DNA of 64,000 nt from Podarcis filfolensis. Its lineage: Eukaryota. Under the pieces are notes generated by a model. That model was not told the DNA's origin, did no database searches, and saw only the letters and a program-made list of their open reading frames with translations. The translations under genes and the position numbers were made by a program. The stretch is from assembly GCA_964270895.1 (NCBI GenBank), contig OZ185441.1; one strand, 5' to 3'. Of the stretch, positions 1 through 11,790 are shown one piece after another (position 1 is the first letter of the stretch; each line of letters begins with the position of its first letter).

Positions 1-4
1 ATAA

Positions 5-51
<47 letters not shown>

Positions 52-88
52 TACTACTATTATTATTATTACTATTATTATTATTATA
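1..88. repeat. (TTA)n/(CTA)n microsatellite
   Basis: Direct trinucleotide run at the window start. Confidence 0.95.
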
Positions 89-3000
89 AAGGCCCAGTTC
101 TCCATCATTGCCCAAGACAGACAGATGCCAACACACTTTGCCAGATTCATTCACATTCTCCCAGCAAAAGTTTAAAGTGAGATGCTGGACGTCACAATTG
201 TACCAAAACGAATGAAGAGAGACAAATGATTATGGTTAAATTGTTTATAGGGAAGCAGTATTTTAAACTCTTGCTGTCACTGCTGCCCTTTACAAAACTT
301 ACTGACGAAGGAAGGCTAACGTATGTCAGACAAGAGTGCCCCATCTACATCAAAATGCACAATAGCTCAAATATTGTGATTCCTTCCCTGCAGAAAAGAG
401 GGGAAGTGTCCTGGTCTGGCCTAGCAAAGAAGCCAAAGGGGCAAAGCAGGTCAGCTCTTTCAGCACCATGGAGAGCTCCAAGCGAGCAAATGGCTGCAAC
501 AGAGGTTGGAAGTGAACTGAGAATTTTTGAGACTGCCTCCAGACTACCTCTCCTAGTCTGTGCACACACGGCAGCTGAAAGCGGATTTGATGCATCCCAT
601 GTGTGCATATCTTTCACATCAAGCACACAGAGTTGTTCTCTTCCAAGTGATAGTCCACACTTGCTCCGGTTTAAGGTGGACTCCTTAGTGCTACAAACCT
701 GCTACATCTGGAACTGGGTGCTGAGAGTGCGACTGAATGGGACACACTTGTGGACAGCCTGAGGAAGTACCATCCACCATGGGATTCCCCATAAAAAGCT
801 GTGGTCTGTTATTGCTTCAGTTTTTTGTACACTGCTTAGAGAGATTAAATAATCAATCCCACCAATAGTAGCCCACAGAAAGCCTCTGGGGATCGCAAGG
901 TGTTGAGCCAAACAAGATTACACTGACCTGTCAGCCCCACTGCCTTCACTTGAGGACATTGGGCCTGATCCGGGCCCAATCACTACCCAGTTCCATACTT
1001 GGAAGTGCAGCAGATGGTTTTGCCTACCTCTGGCTTCTGTCCTGCCAAGCCTGAGTGGTGGGACTGTGGGTGCACTGCTGGCTAAACCACTCTGTCAAGT
1101 CCGACTGCTGCATGATTAGGGATAGGATCGCTCTGTTAGTGGTCATAGCATTTGTTGCAAGATACATGGCTATCCTGTGGAATTTGTTTTTCTAGGTGTC
1201 AGTAGTGGGGTCTTATGTCAGTTAGTACTCTGAATTTCACAGAAAGATTTTGAATGTGTGTGTACACATGTTGTTGTTTCACCCCCTATTGATCTAGCAT
1301 TATTTCATGGGCCATGGGTGCAAAGAGCTTAACACTATAGAGGGGGTGCGTGTGCATAGCATGTTAAAGACAAGCAAAAGAGAAATAAAGAACACTCACA
1401 TTGGTGCTTACTTAGAGGTCAGTCAACCTCAAATCAATGAAGGCATCTGTGAGTTCTAATGTTTTAAGTGGCCTGCACATTTATACCTTCAGGAAATCAG
1501 TGCAGAATTACAGGAAAGGGATTACGCGGTCGCTACTTGTCGAATCTGATAAACAACCAGCAGAGCTGGAGAGCTGGAGCAGGTGACCACAATGTTTTGA
1601 ATGTCAGGTAGAAAATGCCAGCGAATAGAGGGATGGCGTGAGTAGGGAAGAGAATCAAACTAGTACTTCAATTACATATTATGGCTGATTATAAGAAGTG
1701 TTCCGGTAGCTATTTGCATACTTTTTATATTAGATGAAGTAGTAAAGCATAACTATTTTCCCTCTGTGATAAAAAGCAATCATCATGCAGCAGCAGCAGC
1801 AGCAGCCGGGTTTCACAATCTGTGATAGTCTGGTTGAGAGAACCAGCAGGCTGTTATGGTTTCACTATCTAAAGTGTCAAAGTTTTATGATATGTGGGGT
1901 GTACAGCATTGGGGGGGGCGGGGGCAGATGTAGCGGCATCCTGCTAAATTGAATTAGTCACCACACATGCTTCTTTTGAAATTACAAAGTAATTACACCA
2001 ATTGCTGAAATATGTACACTGGAAAAGCATACCTTTCATAAAGCTCATTTTTAATGTATACAGGGTAATTAATGTTCTCCTGACTGTCAAAAGCAATATG
2101 CTTGCAAACTTTGGAGAGCTCTGACTAAGTGCCTCAAAAGACTTGGAAAACTTGGGCAATCAGCTTTCAGCACAATAAATATATTCATAAAGGATGCAAA
2201 TGAAATTCAATATGTATTACATAACAGACACTCTAGGATATGAAGCCATAATTCATAGCTATATTTCTCTCTTTGCTCCCTGCTCTTCCCCCCTCCCACT
2301 CTGGATAATAAAGAGTAATGGTAAGCATATGCGGAGGCTTTTGTTTGCTTTGTGCCTGCGGGACTAAAAAGCAATTGATCTAGACACAGTAACATAACAT
2401 TTGTTGAAGACGACATTAATTCAGTCCTCCTTAGGGTTCAGAAATACCAGTCACAGTTGCATTTGTGAGTACATGTGTACCTTTATATATAGGAATATAA
2501 TCATGCCAGTCTAGTCTAGTGCTCTGAGCTCACAGTGGCCTGCCAGATTCCTATGGGACAGGCCCAGAGTGCAACAGCATGCTCCCCATTTGTGTTTTCT
2601 AGAAATTGGTATCCAGAGACACATTGCCTTTTACAGTGGACATAGAACAAAGTCATTTTAGTCAGTAGCCCTTTGGCCAGAATTTGTCTAATACTTTTTA
2701 AAGCCCATCCACATTGGTCATCACAACATCTTATTGGGGTGATCTTCATAGTCTAACTATGTGCTGTGTGATGAAAACTTTTTTTTTTTGTCTGTCTTGA
2801 ATCTTCCAGCATTCAGCTTTATTGAATAGCCCTGAATTCTAGAAAGGTTTTCCTGTTCTCTTACTCCACACCTTGTATAATTGTGTGGCATCTATCAGAT
2901 TATAGATAGATACATATATAGATATATACTTGACCTGATTTGACAGAACAATTAATCAGACCTGTTCCCAAAGGAGCCACAGAACTCAAAATGAAGAAGG

Positions 3001-3427
3001 CATCATTTCCAACTGCTTACTTTTGTACCAGGCATTTTTGGTGCATAAATATCTAAATGCAACTTTAAGTTGTATAACCTTTAGTTAACAGTTTACATTC
3101 TCTTGTACCCAATTTACAATCTTTACAAAAATTTCAGAAATATCCTTTGCATATCCTTTCCTCGCATGAGTCCCCCCCCCACTCATGTGACTGCCAGTTT
3201 TAAAACTTTACACCTACACCATGTGATGAGAATATAGAAAAGTAACTTCTACCATAGAGTTGCAAAGGGTGTAAAGGGTGAAAAAGACCATTCAATTGAT
3301 CCTTCCAGGTCTGTTCTACAGAGGCATGAGATGCATGAGAATTAAGCAAAAATTTGGTGGAAGGCTGGAAATTATTGATTCAGACTATAGGAAGACTTTA
3401 AATTATGGGGGACTCCAGTTTTTAATA

Positions 3428-3778
3428 GGGACGTGGGTGGTGCTGTGGGTTAAACCACAGAGCCTAGGACTTGCCAATCAGAAGGTCGGCAGTTTGAATC
3501 CCCACAACGGGGTGAGCTCCTGTTGCTCAATCCCTGATCCTGCCAACCTAGCAGCTCGAAAGCACGTCAAAGTGCAAGTAGATAAATAGGTACCGCTCTG
3601 GCGGGAAGGTAAACGGCATTTCCGTGCACTGCTCTGGTTTGCCAGAAGCGGCTTAATCATGCTGGCCACATGGCCCGGAAACTGTACGCTGGCTCCCTCA
3701 GCCAATAAAGGGAGATGAGCGCTGCAACCCCTGAGTCGGCCACGACTGGACCTAATGGTTAGGGGTCCCTTTACCTTA
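3428..3778 (+). mobile_element. Sauria SINE (Squam1), full length
   Basis: GGGACG..GGTGG..GCTGTGGGTTAAACC head, BovB-like 3' part, TTTACCTT tail; 12-bp TSD CCAGTTTTTAAT (3415-3426 / 3779-3790). Confidence 0.93.
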
Positions 3779-3819
3779 CCAGTTTTTAATGTCCCTCAAT
3801 ATATAAACAAAAGAACCTA

Positions 3820-3940
3820 GGTCAGATCCAGACTATGACCATGCTTTAATCCCACTGAAATCAATGGGACTTAAAGCAGACTAACTTGTCCCATTGATTT
3901 CAGTGCAAGAAATGTGTGACTAACCTAGTCTGTATCCAAT
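3820..3940. mobile_element. Short palindromic MITE-like relic (CCCATTGATTTCA-type)
   Basis: Internal inverted repeat CACTGAAATCAATGGGAC / GTCCCATTGATTTCAGTG and imperfect outer ATCCAGACTA / TAGTCTGTAT. Confidence 0.55.
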
Positions 3941-4065
3941 ACATTGCCTAGATATTCACACACATACATACATGTACACACACACCATGTGCCAGCACAT
4001 CAGGGAGATATTTTTTTGCCTCATTCTGCGCCCAATACGCATGGGATTCCTTTACCCAGCAGCAC

Positions 4066-4762
4066 TGTGGCCCATTGATTGCAGCAAAGTACTGGGCAAT
4101 TTACCCAGTATCAAGTCTGCATGGGCTCATGGGAAAAAAGCTGTCCTATGAGCCATTGCTTCAGAGGGGAGGGGAAAGCCTATATAAGGCTGCTTCCCCT
4201 GGATCTCGCATTTCTCTTTGAGAGCTTACCGTCTGCCCACCCTCAGGTTACAGCCTTCACTAAGTAATTGTGGCTTGCTGGTTGACATGGCCAGAAAGGA
4301 TTTTTCTCTCAACCTGACTGGCACTTGGTTGGGGTTTTTTTCTTCACCTTTCCCCAGTGAAATTATGGCCTGCCTTTGTTAGGTGGAGAATCATTGTTGA
4401 AGGTGGAAATGGCATTGGGCAGGATCAACATAGTAGGGGGGGCATAAAGGGCCTGAGGGAAAGACTGGGTAGGGTATCTGCCTGGTTGAAATCTGCACCT
4501 TCGTTCCCCAGTGAGACCTTGCTTGCTTGGCTGGCACCACGGCAAATTTCAACACGGACCGACTCCCATGGTACAGGTTCGGAGCAGTCCAAACCCAGCA
4601 GATCCGTTCCATCAACATGGGGCTTGTGGAATGATGAACTGATCCTGGGACCCAAGGCCATGCCAGCCCTTGCCCTGCCTGCTGCTATCAATAAAGATTT
4701 GCCCTGATTTTATCCCATCACCGTTGTACAGTCTGGTTATTTTGCTGCTCTCATGGGTCACA
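4066..4762 (+). mobile_element. Solo LTR (ERV/Gypsy-like)
   Basis: TG...CA ends with 10-bp inverted termini TGTGGCCCAT / ATGGGTCACA, TATATAA at 4181, AATAAA at 4690; no TSD found. Confidence 0.7.
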
Positions 4763-6952
4763 TAATGTGCCTGCCTGGGCAACCTAGCCCTTTGACAGCA
4801 GTTCTCATTTTCTACTTTAGGAGAGCGCCCACCTGCAGTCTGAAGTGGTAGAGTCCATTTAATCACCTTGGTAGTTTACCATCCCATTGTGCTGAAATAC
4901 AGGCCAGGTGGTCTCATATTGCTTTGGATCTCACATCACTTCTGTGGAATTCAAGGGACTGGTTCACCTATCCCACATTTTCTTATTGTTAAGAGAATGC
5001 TGTGTTTGGTTTGTCTGTTCATTTCCAAGTACATCACACTGCAGGGCATCATCTATATATTGAACAGTGTGGTGCAAATTAATCTTCCCTGATGCTGGAA
5101 TTATTATAAACAGTGTTCTAATTAATTGTCATTCACAGCAAATGGTTATCAGTTAGAAAGCAGATTGATACACTCCAGAGATTAAGAGCTATAAAACAAG
5201 CCATTGGCTCTGCCATTCCATAATACATTCTGTTGCAGGAGAGCAAATGAGCTACCCATTCTCTCCTCTCTACCGTTCCATGTTTATCTTTATAAAACCA
5301 CCCATATCACATGCATTATCATCATCATCAGTTTATTGCCCAATACCTAAAGTGGTTCCAAGGAAACTTGCATGAGGTCATGCAAAACAAATACAAATGC
5401 AATTAAAGGTAATAAAAAAGAAAGAAACACAACCACCAGCTCGTGTTGATAGAAAATAGTTCTGGATTCCCAGACAGGAATGGATCACGATGCATCCCCA
5501 AGCTATGAACCTAACCCTCCAGGGGTATGGGGATCCTATCCAGAACTAGCTGCATATGGTGGGGGAAATATCACTGAAAGCCTAAATTTTAACTGTAATG
5601 TAGAGAGAAGAATGGAGGTGTCACCATGTGAACTGGACTGAATGGGACTTATTCTTCATCCTATTCGGAATGCAGCTCCACCTACTTTTCCTTACAAAAA
5701 TCATGCCGTTTTGAATTTGTGTCATTCCATTCCATTGCATACAGTTGCTGCCATTTTATTTCACCCTTATTTAATACAACCAGGCTGCCCTTAAAAGTCT
5801 GGCACTCTCCAAATTGCAGGGACAGTATCACAGCAGGTGCACACATTAAAGAATGAATGAAAGCACCCAAAGTACCATCTATTCCAAAACTGGTTTTGCA
5901 TGTTTATTTAGTAGTATCCCATTTAATGATTTCTCCAGGTACATCTAATACAAAATAAATTGGTTTGTACTAGGGATTGGGGAAGCATGGAGGACTTGCT
6001 GCAAAAACAATGTTGCCAGAGGGTTTAGATTTATCCTGGATACTGCAGGCAGGGGAAGCTCACATAGCACAGAATCACAGCTGGAATTTAAACAAACGGT
6101 AATCATTTAACTGCCTTCTTTCTCCACCCCCCACTCTTCCAAATCATTTTAAAGACAGCTTAAGGGCAAACAAGGTTGCTTGTCAATTTATAGCCAGGTT
6201 TATCCCTGCAATGGCCTCCTGGGACTGTTTTAAGCCTCAAACGACTGCCCATTTCCTTAATGCTGAACCGGGGCATTTGAGACTAGTGTCCTTAGCACAG
6301 ATAAGCTTTGCCTAGGGTTCATTAGCATAGAAAGGTGGAGATTTTAAGTGATGGAGCTAAGCAATAGATTCTGGTTCTGGTGTTTAAAATGGCTAAATGT
6401 GAGATCTTAGGAGTGCTGATTTTACAAGTACACCAATCCGATGTTTGTGAATAAAGAAAAGTGCTAATTCGCTAAAGCTTTTCTGTGGTTAGCTATGGAC
6501 CTCTAGAGGAGGAACTAAAGAAGGAAATGTCTAGATGGAACCAGTTTTCCTTGTTGGGCAGAATATATTTAACTTAAAAATAAAACGTATTTTTCTTTTA
6601 TCAAAACATTAAAAAAAATCTGGGTTGATTGACAATATTTAAAAGAAGATCATCTCAATCTACAATACAAGGAACATCACTTTTCTCCTGGTGGCAGCAT
6701 GATTACTTTCCAGAACTGGAAATAATTTGAGCACCTACACCTCACACAGTGGTGACAAACTGTATGGGCAATTGCCTGATCTGAAAAACTGACAAAAGGT
6801 TGTATGCCTTGAACAGTACATGTGATGCAGATGATTTTATCAAAATATGTTACCTCTTTGCAAGATATTATACCAAACATTCTGATTATTCAAAACAAAA
6901 AAAAAAATTTTCTTTCCAGTAGCACCTTAAAGACCAACTAAGTTAGTTCTTG

Positions 6953-6990
6953 GTATGAGCTTTCGTGTGCATGCACACTTCGTCAGATAC
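6953..6990 (-). ncRNA. Minimal type I hammerhead ribozyme motif in PLE pLTR (sense copy)
   Basis: Minus strand GUAU-CUGACGA-A-GUGUG(CAUG)CACAC-GAAA-GC-UC-AUAC: conserved core, stem I GUAU/AUAC, stem II, palindromic AGCU stem III. Confidence 0.82.
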
Positions 6991-7398
6991 ACTGAAACAG
7001 AAGTTGCCAGATCCTTCTATATAGTGAGAAGGTGGGGAGGGGTATTACTCAGAAGGGTGGTGGGAATGGGTGGTTGGCAGATAGCTGAGATGAGCCTGTT
7101 GACGGCTCTTAACGACTGCAATAGGTCTTACAGGAAAAAGCAAGGGGTGAGAAGGTGAAAAATGGCTTTGTCATGTATAATGAGATAAGAATCCAATGTC
7201 TTTGTTCAGACCAGGTCTCTCCATGGTTTTAAGTTTGGTAATGAGTTGCAATTCAGCAGCTTCTCTTTCCAGTCTATTTCTGAAATTCAACAGGCTCATC
7301 ACAGCTATCTGCCAACCACCCATTCCCACCACCCTTCTGAGTAATACCCCTCCCCACCTTCTCACTATATAGAAGGATCTGGCAACTTCTGTTTCAGT

Positions 7399-7436
7399 GT
7401 ATCTGACGAAGTGTGCATGCACACGAAAGCTCATAC
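7399..7436 (+). ncRNA. Minimal type I hammerhead ribozyme motif in PLE pLTR (inverted copy)
   Basis: gtat ctgacga a gtgtgcatgcacac gaaa gc tc atac; predicted cleavage after C7432. Confidence 0.82.
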
Positions 7437-7776
7437 CAAGAACTAACTTAGTTGGTCTTTAAGGTGCTACTGGAAAGAAATTTTTTTTTTGTTTTGACTA
7501 TGGCAGACCAACACGGCTACCTATCTATTCTGATTATTGGCAACCACAAAATTTCTGAACGAGTTAATGGGAAATTTTTGACCAATTCTGACAGAGTGGG
7601 AAAATGGGGAAAACTTGATGTTTTGTTCATGCCTTGCTGAAAATCAATAAAAATTATTTTTTTTAAAAAAGAAATATTTACTGTGTTGCTTACCACCAGT
7701 CAGCATCATAACATTTAATTATGAAATCTGTTTGGCTAAATAGCCATTCTAGATGCAATAACTAAACAGATGCATA

Positions 7777-8109
7777 AAGGTAAAGGTAAAGGGACCCCTG
7801 ACCATTAGGTTCAGTCGTGACCGACTCTGGGGTTGTGCGCTCATCTCGCTCTATAGGCCGAGGGAGCTGGCGTTTGTCTGCAGACAGCATGACTAAGCCG
7901 CTTCTAGCGAACCAGAGCAGCGCACGGAAACAGCGTTTACCTTCCCGCCAGAGCGGTACCTATTACCTACTTGCACTTTGACGTGCTTTCGAACTGCTAG
8001 GTTGGCAGGAGCAGGGACCGAGCAACGGGAGCTCACCCCGTCGTGGGGATGTGAACCGCCGACCTTCTGATCAGCAAGTCCTAGGCTCTGTGGTTTAACC
8101 CACAGCGCC
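7777..8109 (-). mobile_element. Sauria SINE, slightly 5'-truncated
   Basis: Reverse complement of the same family with (TACCTT)n tail; 14-bp TSD TAAACAGATGCATA. Confidence 0.93.
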
Positions 8110-8500
8110 TTAAACAGATGCATACTGATTTAAATTTTTTTAAAAAGGGATTAGGGGAGCAATCCTTTAGCAAGATCCGCTGGTATGAGCTCAGAGTTAA
8201 GATACACCAGGTTAACACCATCATCTTTGACTGAACTGGTAATATGCCAGTGTAATTCCCCACATCCTGGCTCAGTTAGAACCTATCTGGCTAGGCTGAG
8301 CCCAGCAGGCATAATCCCTGAAAAGCAGGGTAGGCTTAGGCTGGATCCTAAATGCATTCACCTGGGCAACATGACCTGGCATGTTAAGTTACAAAAAAGA
8401 GTGGTGTAACAAAAACATTAGGGTTGTTTTCCCTCTTCCAGGTTTAGGCCAGCTCACCTAATAATAGCTCCACTGCTGAACAGAGTTTGATCTGCTGTAA

Positions 8501-8738
8501 ATTTATGCCAACTTAACTTGCACCAGATTGCTTTATGCCAGCTTTTTGTGTATAGGATTGCTCCTTGGGTCTGCCTAATATTAATATAAATAGTTTTGCT
8601 AGCCAGTTGCAAATTTTATTCATTTATGCTGACTTAACTTGCACCGGCTTGCTTTATGCCAGCTTCTTATGTATAGGATTGCTCCTTGGGTCTGCCTAAT
8701 ATAAACAGTTTTGCTAGCCAGTTGCAAATTTTATTCAT
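8501..8738. repeat. Tandem duplication, about 120-bp unit x2
   Basis: ATTTATGC..ACTTAACTTGCACC...GCAAATTTTATTCAT occurs twice head-to-tail (8501-8621, 8622-8738). Confidence 0.9.
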
Positions 8739-10221
8739 CTAAGTGTCTCAGAAAAGAAAATATCTATGGAAGAATGTGGAACAATATTTCTTCAGATCCC
8801 CTTTGGAATATAAACAGAGGTCTTCAGGAATGAATACAATATTACATAGATTATTACCTTTATAGTAGGTCTCTTAAACATATGAAGAAGGTTCGTACAG
8901 ATAATAAATCCTTCTATCTCCCCTGTTGCATGGCTTTTATGTATTGATTTTTTTTATGATGATAATCTAATGGGAAATTTATCTAGTTCAAAGAAATTAG
9001 TTCCAATTAAACTAATGGAAACATGGAATAATGGGCAAGCAATTTATTATCAAGTTCTTCCTACAGATGAAGTGCCTCGAGTGCAGTTTTTCCAATGAGG
9101 CATTATGTGCTGGAACTATTTCACTATAAGAAAATGGGGAGTTGACAGCTTTTGAAAAAGAATTTTCTTTTAAGAGTGTTCACATGAACACTTCCATGTA
9201 TAGAAAGGGTGGATGAAGGGATCTGACATTTACATATATTCAGATTATTCTGAAGGAGTTATGCATGCATAAAATGTGAACATATAGAGCTCCCGTCCTG
9301 GAGGAGAGACCTGACCAAGTCAGGGTTCATCCTTGTGTGGAGCTTCTAAATTGATTGGAGACTTGTATTTTTAGAAAAAAGTTATGAATTTTGTCAGGAG
9401 TCCAAAATTAAGCTGCTCCACTCCCATGATGGTGGTACTGGAGTTTATTGTGGCTTAGACTGAGGGAAGGGGTGTAAACACATGAGGTGGTTTACTGAAA
9501 ATATTTTAGAAATTTTCCCTTGCTTAGATATGAAGACTACATTCTGGAAAAGAAGAAAAATCCAATTGGAGCACGAAAAAGTTGCATGGTAAATTTTTTA
9601 ACATTCCCATTTCGACATACTGTGCAATATTTATCACTATTATTCTCTTGACATGTTACATCTTCAGTTACTTATTAACTAGTACACTCCACAAACCCAA
9701 ATCTTTTGGGTAAACCATGTCCATGGTTAACATTTCTAATCTAATTGGCTCTAACTTATTATGTTTAGCAACTATATACTAGTAAATAGTGTAAGACAGA
9801 CATGATTCACCAGGCTATCTCTTTGGAAAATCTAGCTATATTTCTATTCTTATTATTGATGAGAACAAGGTAGCAACTTCAGTTTATTTTCTAATCTTGT
9901 GTTCTAAGAAGGTCTGATAAAGGAAAATATAAAAATCTGTATAAGTAACTGGGTGAAAAAAGTGAACTGTTCACTATCATCTTTCTTCAAATCCCCTTTT
10001 AACTATTGGCAGAATTAGTGTCATGTGATTACATGTTTTTAACCAATCCAGCTCATCAGCTTTTGATAGCATTGACCATGGTTTCTTTCTAGATTAGCTC
10101 CAGGGAATGGGAATTTGGGGCACTGTGTTGCCATAGTTCCAATCCTACCTCTGGTATAGTGTCAAGAAAGTAGCACTGGAGAGTGCTTTTTGGCCCCATG
10201 TTGGTTACGCAGTCAGGTATC

Positions 10222-10541
10222 TCCACCCCCATCATTCAGCCCAGAAACTGAGGTCCAGCTCTGAGGGCCTTCCAGTGGTTCCTTCACTGTGAGAAGTGAA
10301 GTTACAGGGAACCAGGCAGAGGGCCATCTTGGTAGTGGCTCACACCCTGTGGATTTCCATCCCATCTGATGTCAAACAGATAAGCAACATTATGACTTTT
10401 AGAAGACAACTGTAGACAGCCCTATACATGGACATTTTTAATGTTTGAGGTTTTATTGTGTTTTTAATATTCTGTTGGGAGCGGCCCAGAGTGACTGGGG
10501 TAACCTAACCCAGTTAGAAGGGTGGGGCATAAATAATAAAA
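10222..10541 (+). mobile_element. L2 LINE 3' fragment
   Basis: Homologous to the 3' part of the L2 at 42355-43079; ends with the CCCAGAGTG(G/A)CTGGGG...ATAAATAATAAA tail. Confidence 0.8.
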
Positions 10542-10859
10542 TCATCACCATCACCATCATCAATATCTGTATTAAGGCACTGGGAGCAGTCATTAGGAGC
10601 TTGGAGGCAAGGTGACACCAGTATGCTAATGATGCTTGGCTCTATTTTTCCATAACATCTTAATCTGTAGAGGCCATGTGGCCCTGCACTGGTGCCTGAA
10701 TGATATGCATGGCTTTTCCCCCCCAGCAGAAACTCACAGGAACTGGCGCCTCTCAGGTGGGCACCACTGCCATTATATAGAGAACAGGGGAGGCATTCCT
10801 GGTGAGTTCTTTTTCTAGAAAAATAACACTGGTTATTTATTCAAGCTGAGCTTGAATCC

Positions 10860-11075
10860 TTGCAAGATACAGGCACTGTCAGTGAGTGGTCCCCATGTCT
10901 ATTATTGCCTACCTTGAATGGGGTTGCACTCCTCTTTAAGGAGAAGGTTCAGAGTCTGCAGCTGTTTTTGGATCCAGCCTTGTCACTGGAGGTCCAAATA
11001 GCCTCTGTGGATAGAAGCACTTTTTATCAGCTGTGACTGATATGACAGCTTTGACCATTCCAGAACTGGGAGAGC
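10860..11075 (+). mobile_element. Degenerate L2 ORF2 fragment
   Basis: Translates approximately as GVALLFKEKVQSLQLFLDPALSLEVQIASVDRSTFYQL, similar to GVILDSQLSMEVQVSSVSRATVYQL in the L2 at 43 kb. Confidence 0.65.
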
Positions 11076-11689
11076 TGGAGCACAGTAGTTCAGAAATTGG
11101 TGACTTAATGATTGGATCACTGCAATGTACTGTATGTCGGACTTCCCTGGGCCTTGATCCTGAAGCTACAGTTAGTGCATAGAGCAGTGAGACCCTGTCA
11201 GCATATAACATTTCTGTTCAGAGATTTGCTGATTTGCTACTATGCCAAGTTAAAAGTGTAACAATTAGTTTATCAAACCCTTAACAAGTTGGGACCAGTT
11301 TACGTGTTATATCTCCTTATCCTATCAATATACAGCATGCACACTCTACTGCTTCAATCAGAAGAAGTGGCACTGTTACAAGTTTCACACAATACTCGTT
11401 GCACACTTTTAAGAAATCAATCTTTTACTATGGCAGCACGAACACTTTGGAACTCACTTTCTATTTATATCAGGCAAACATTTTCACTGCACCTGCTAAA
11501 AACATTTCTGTTTAGGAAAGCCTATCCAGGCATCTAAAAGCTCTCATATGTTTTAATCCAGTTTTAATCCAGGCATCTAAAAGCTCTCATAAGTTTTAAT
11601 CTTATTTCTTGTTGTAATTATTTTTGGATTTTTAAAATACTTTTAACTGATTATTTTATTTAATAATAGTAGTAGTAATAAAAATTATT

Positions 11690-11790
11690 TTATTATTTAT
11701 ACACCAACCATCTGGCTGGGTTTGCCCAGCCACTCTGGGAGGCTTCCAGCACATATAAGAATAAAATGCCCAACATTAAAAACGTCAAAC
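11690..11790 (-). mobile_element. L2 3' tail fragment
   Basis: Reverse complement of GAAGCC.CCCAGAGTGGCTGGG.AAACCCAGCCAGATGG...TATAAATAAT. Confidence 0.75.

Larger units (their letters stand above)
6891..7526 (-). mobile_element. Penelope-like element (5'-truncated) with inverted pseudo-LTRs
   Basis: About 207-bp near-identical inverted arms (6891-7102 / 7287-7496); minus-strand spacer encodes GIY-YIG-like C-terminus FRNRLEREAAELQLITKLKTMERPGLNKDIGFLSHYT; 12-bp TSD ATTCTGATTATT (6879-6890 / 7527-7538). Confidence 0.92.

Noticed and set aside
298-330. Additional hammerhead core (CTGACGAAG)
   Set aside because: No stem II, GAAA or stem I partner follows; the same applies to the CTGATGA hits at about 19273, 20824 and 27239
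226-762. 178-aa ORF as a protein-coding gene
   Set aside because: No recognisable domain or motif and no supporting gene structure; a length like this can occur by chance
6955-7434. Two ORFs with identical N-termini (MSFRVHAHFVRY...) as duplicated genes
   Set aside because: They are an artefact of the inverted pLTRs; only the GIY-YIG-like tail of the minus ORF is meaningful
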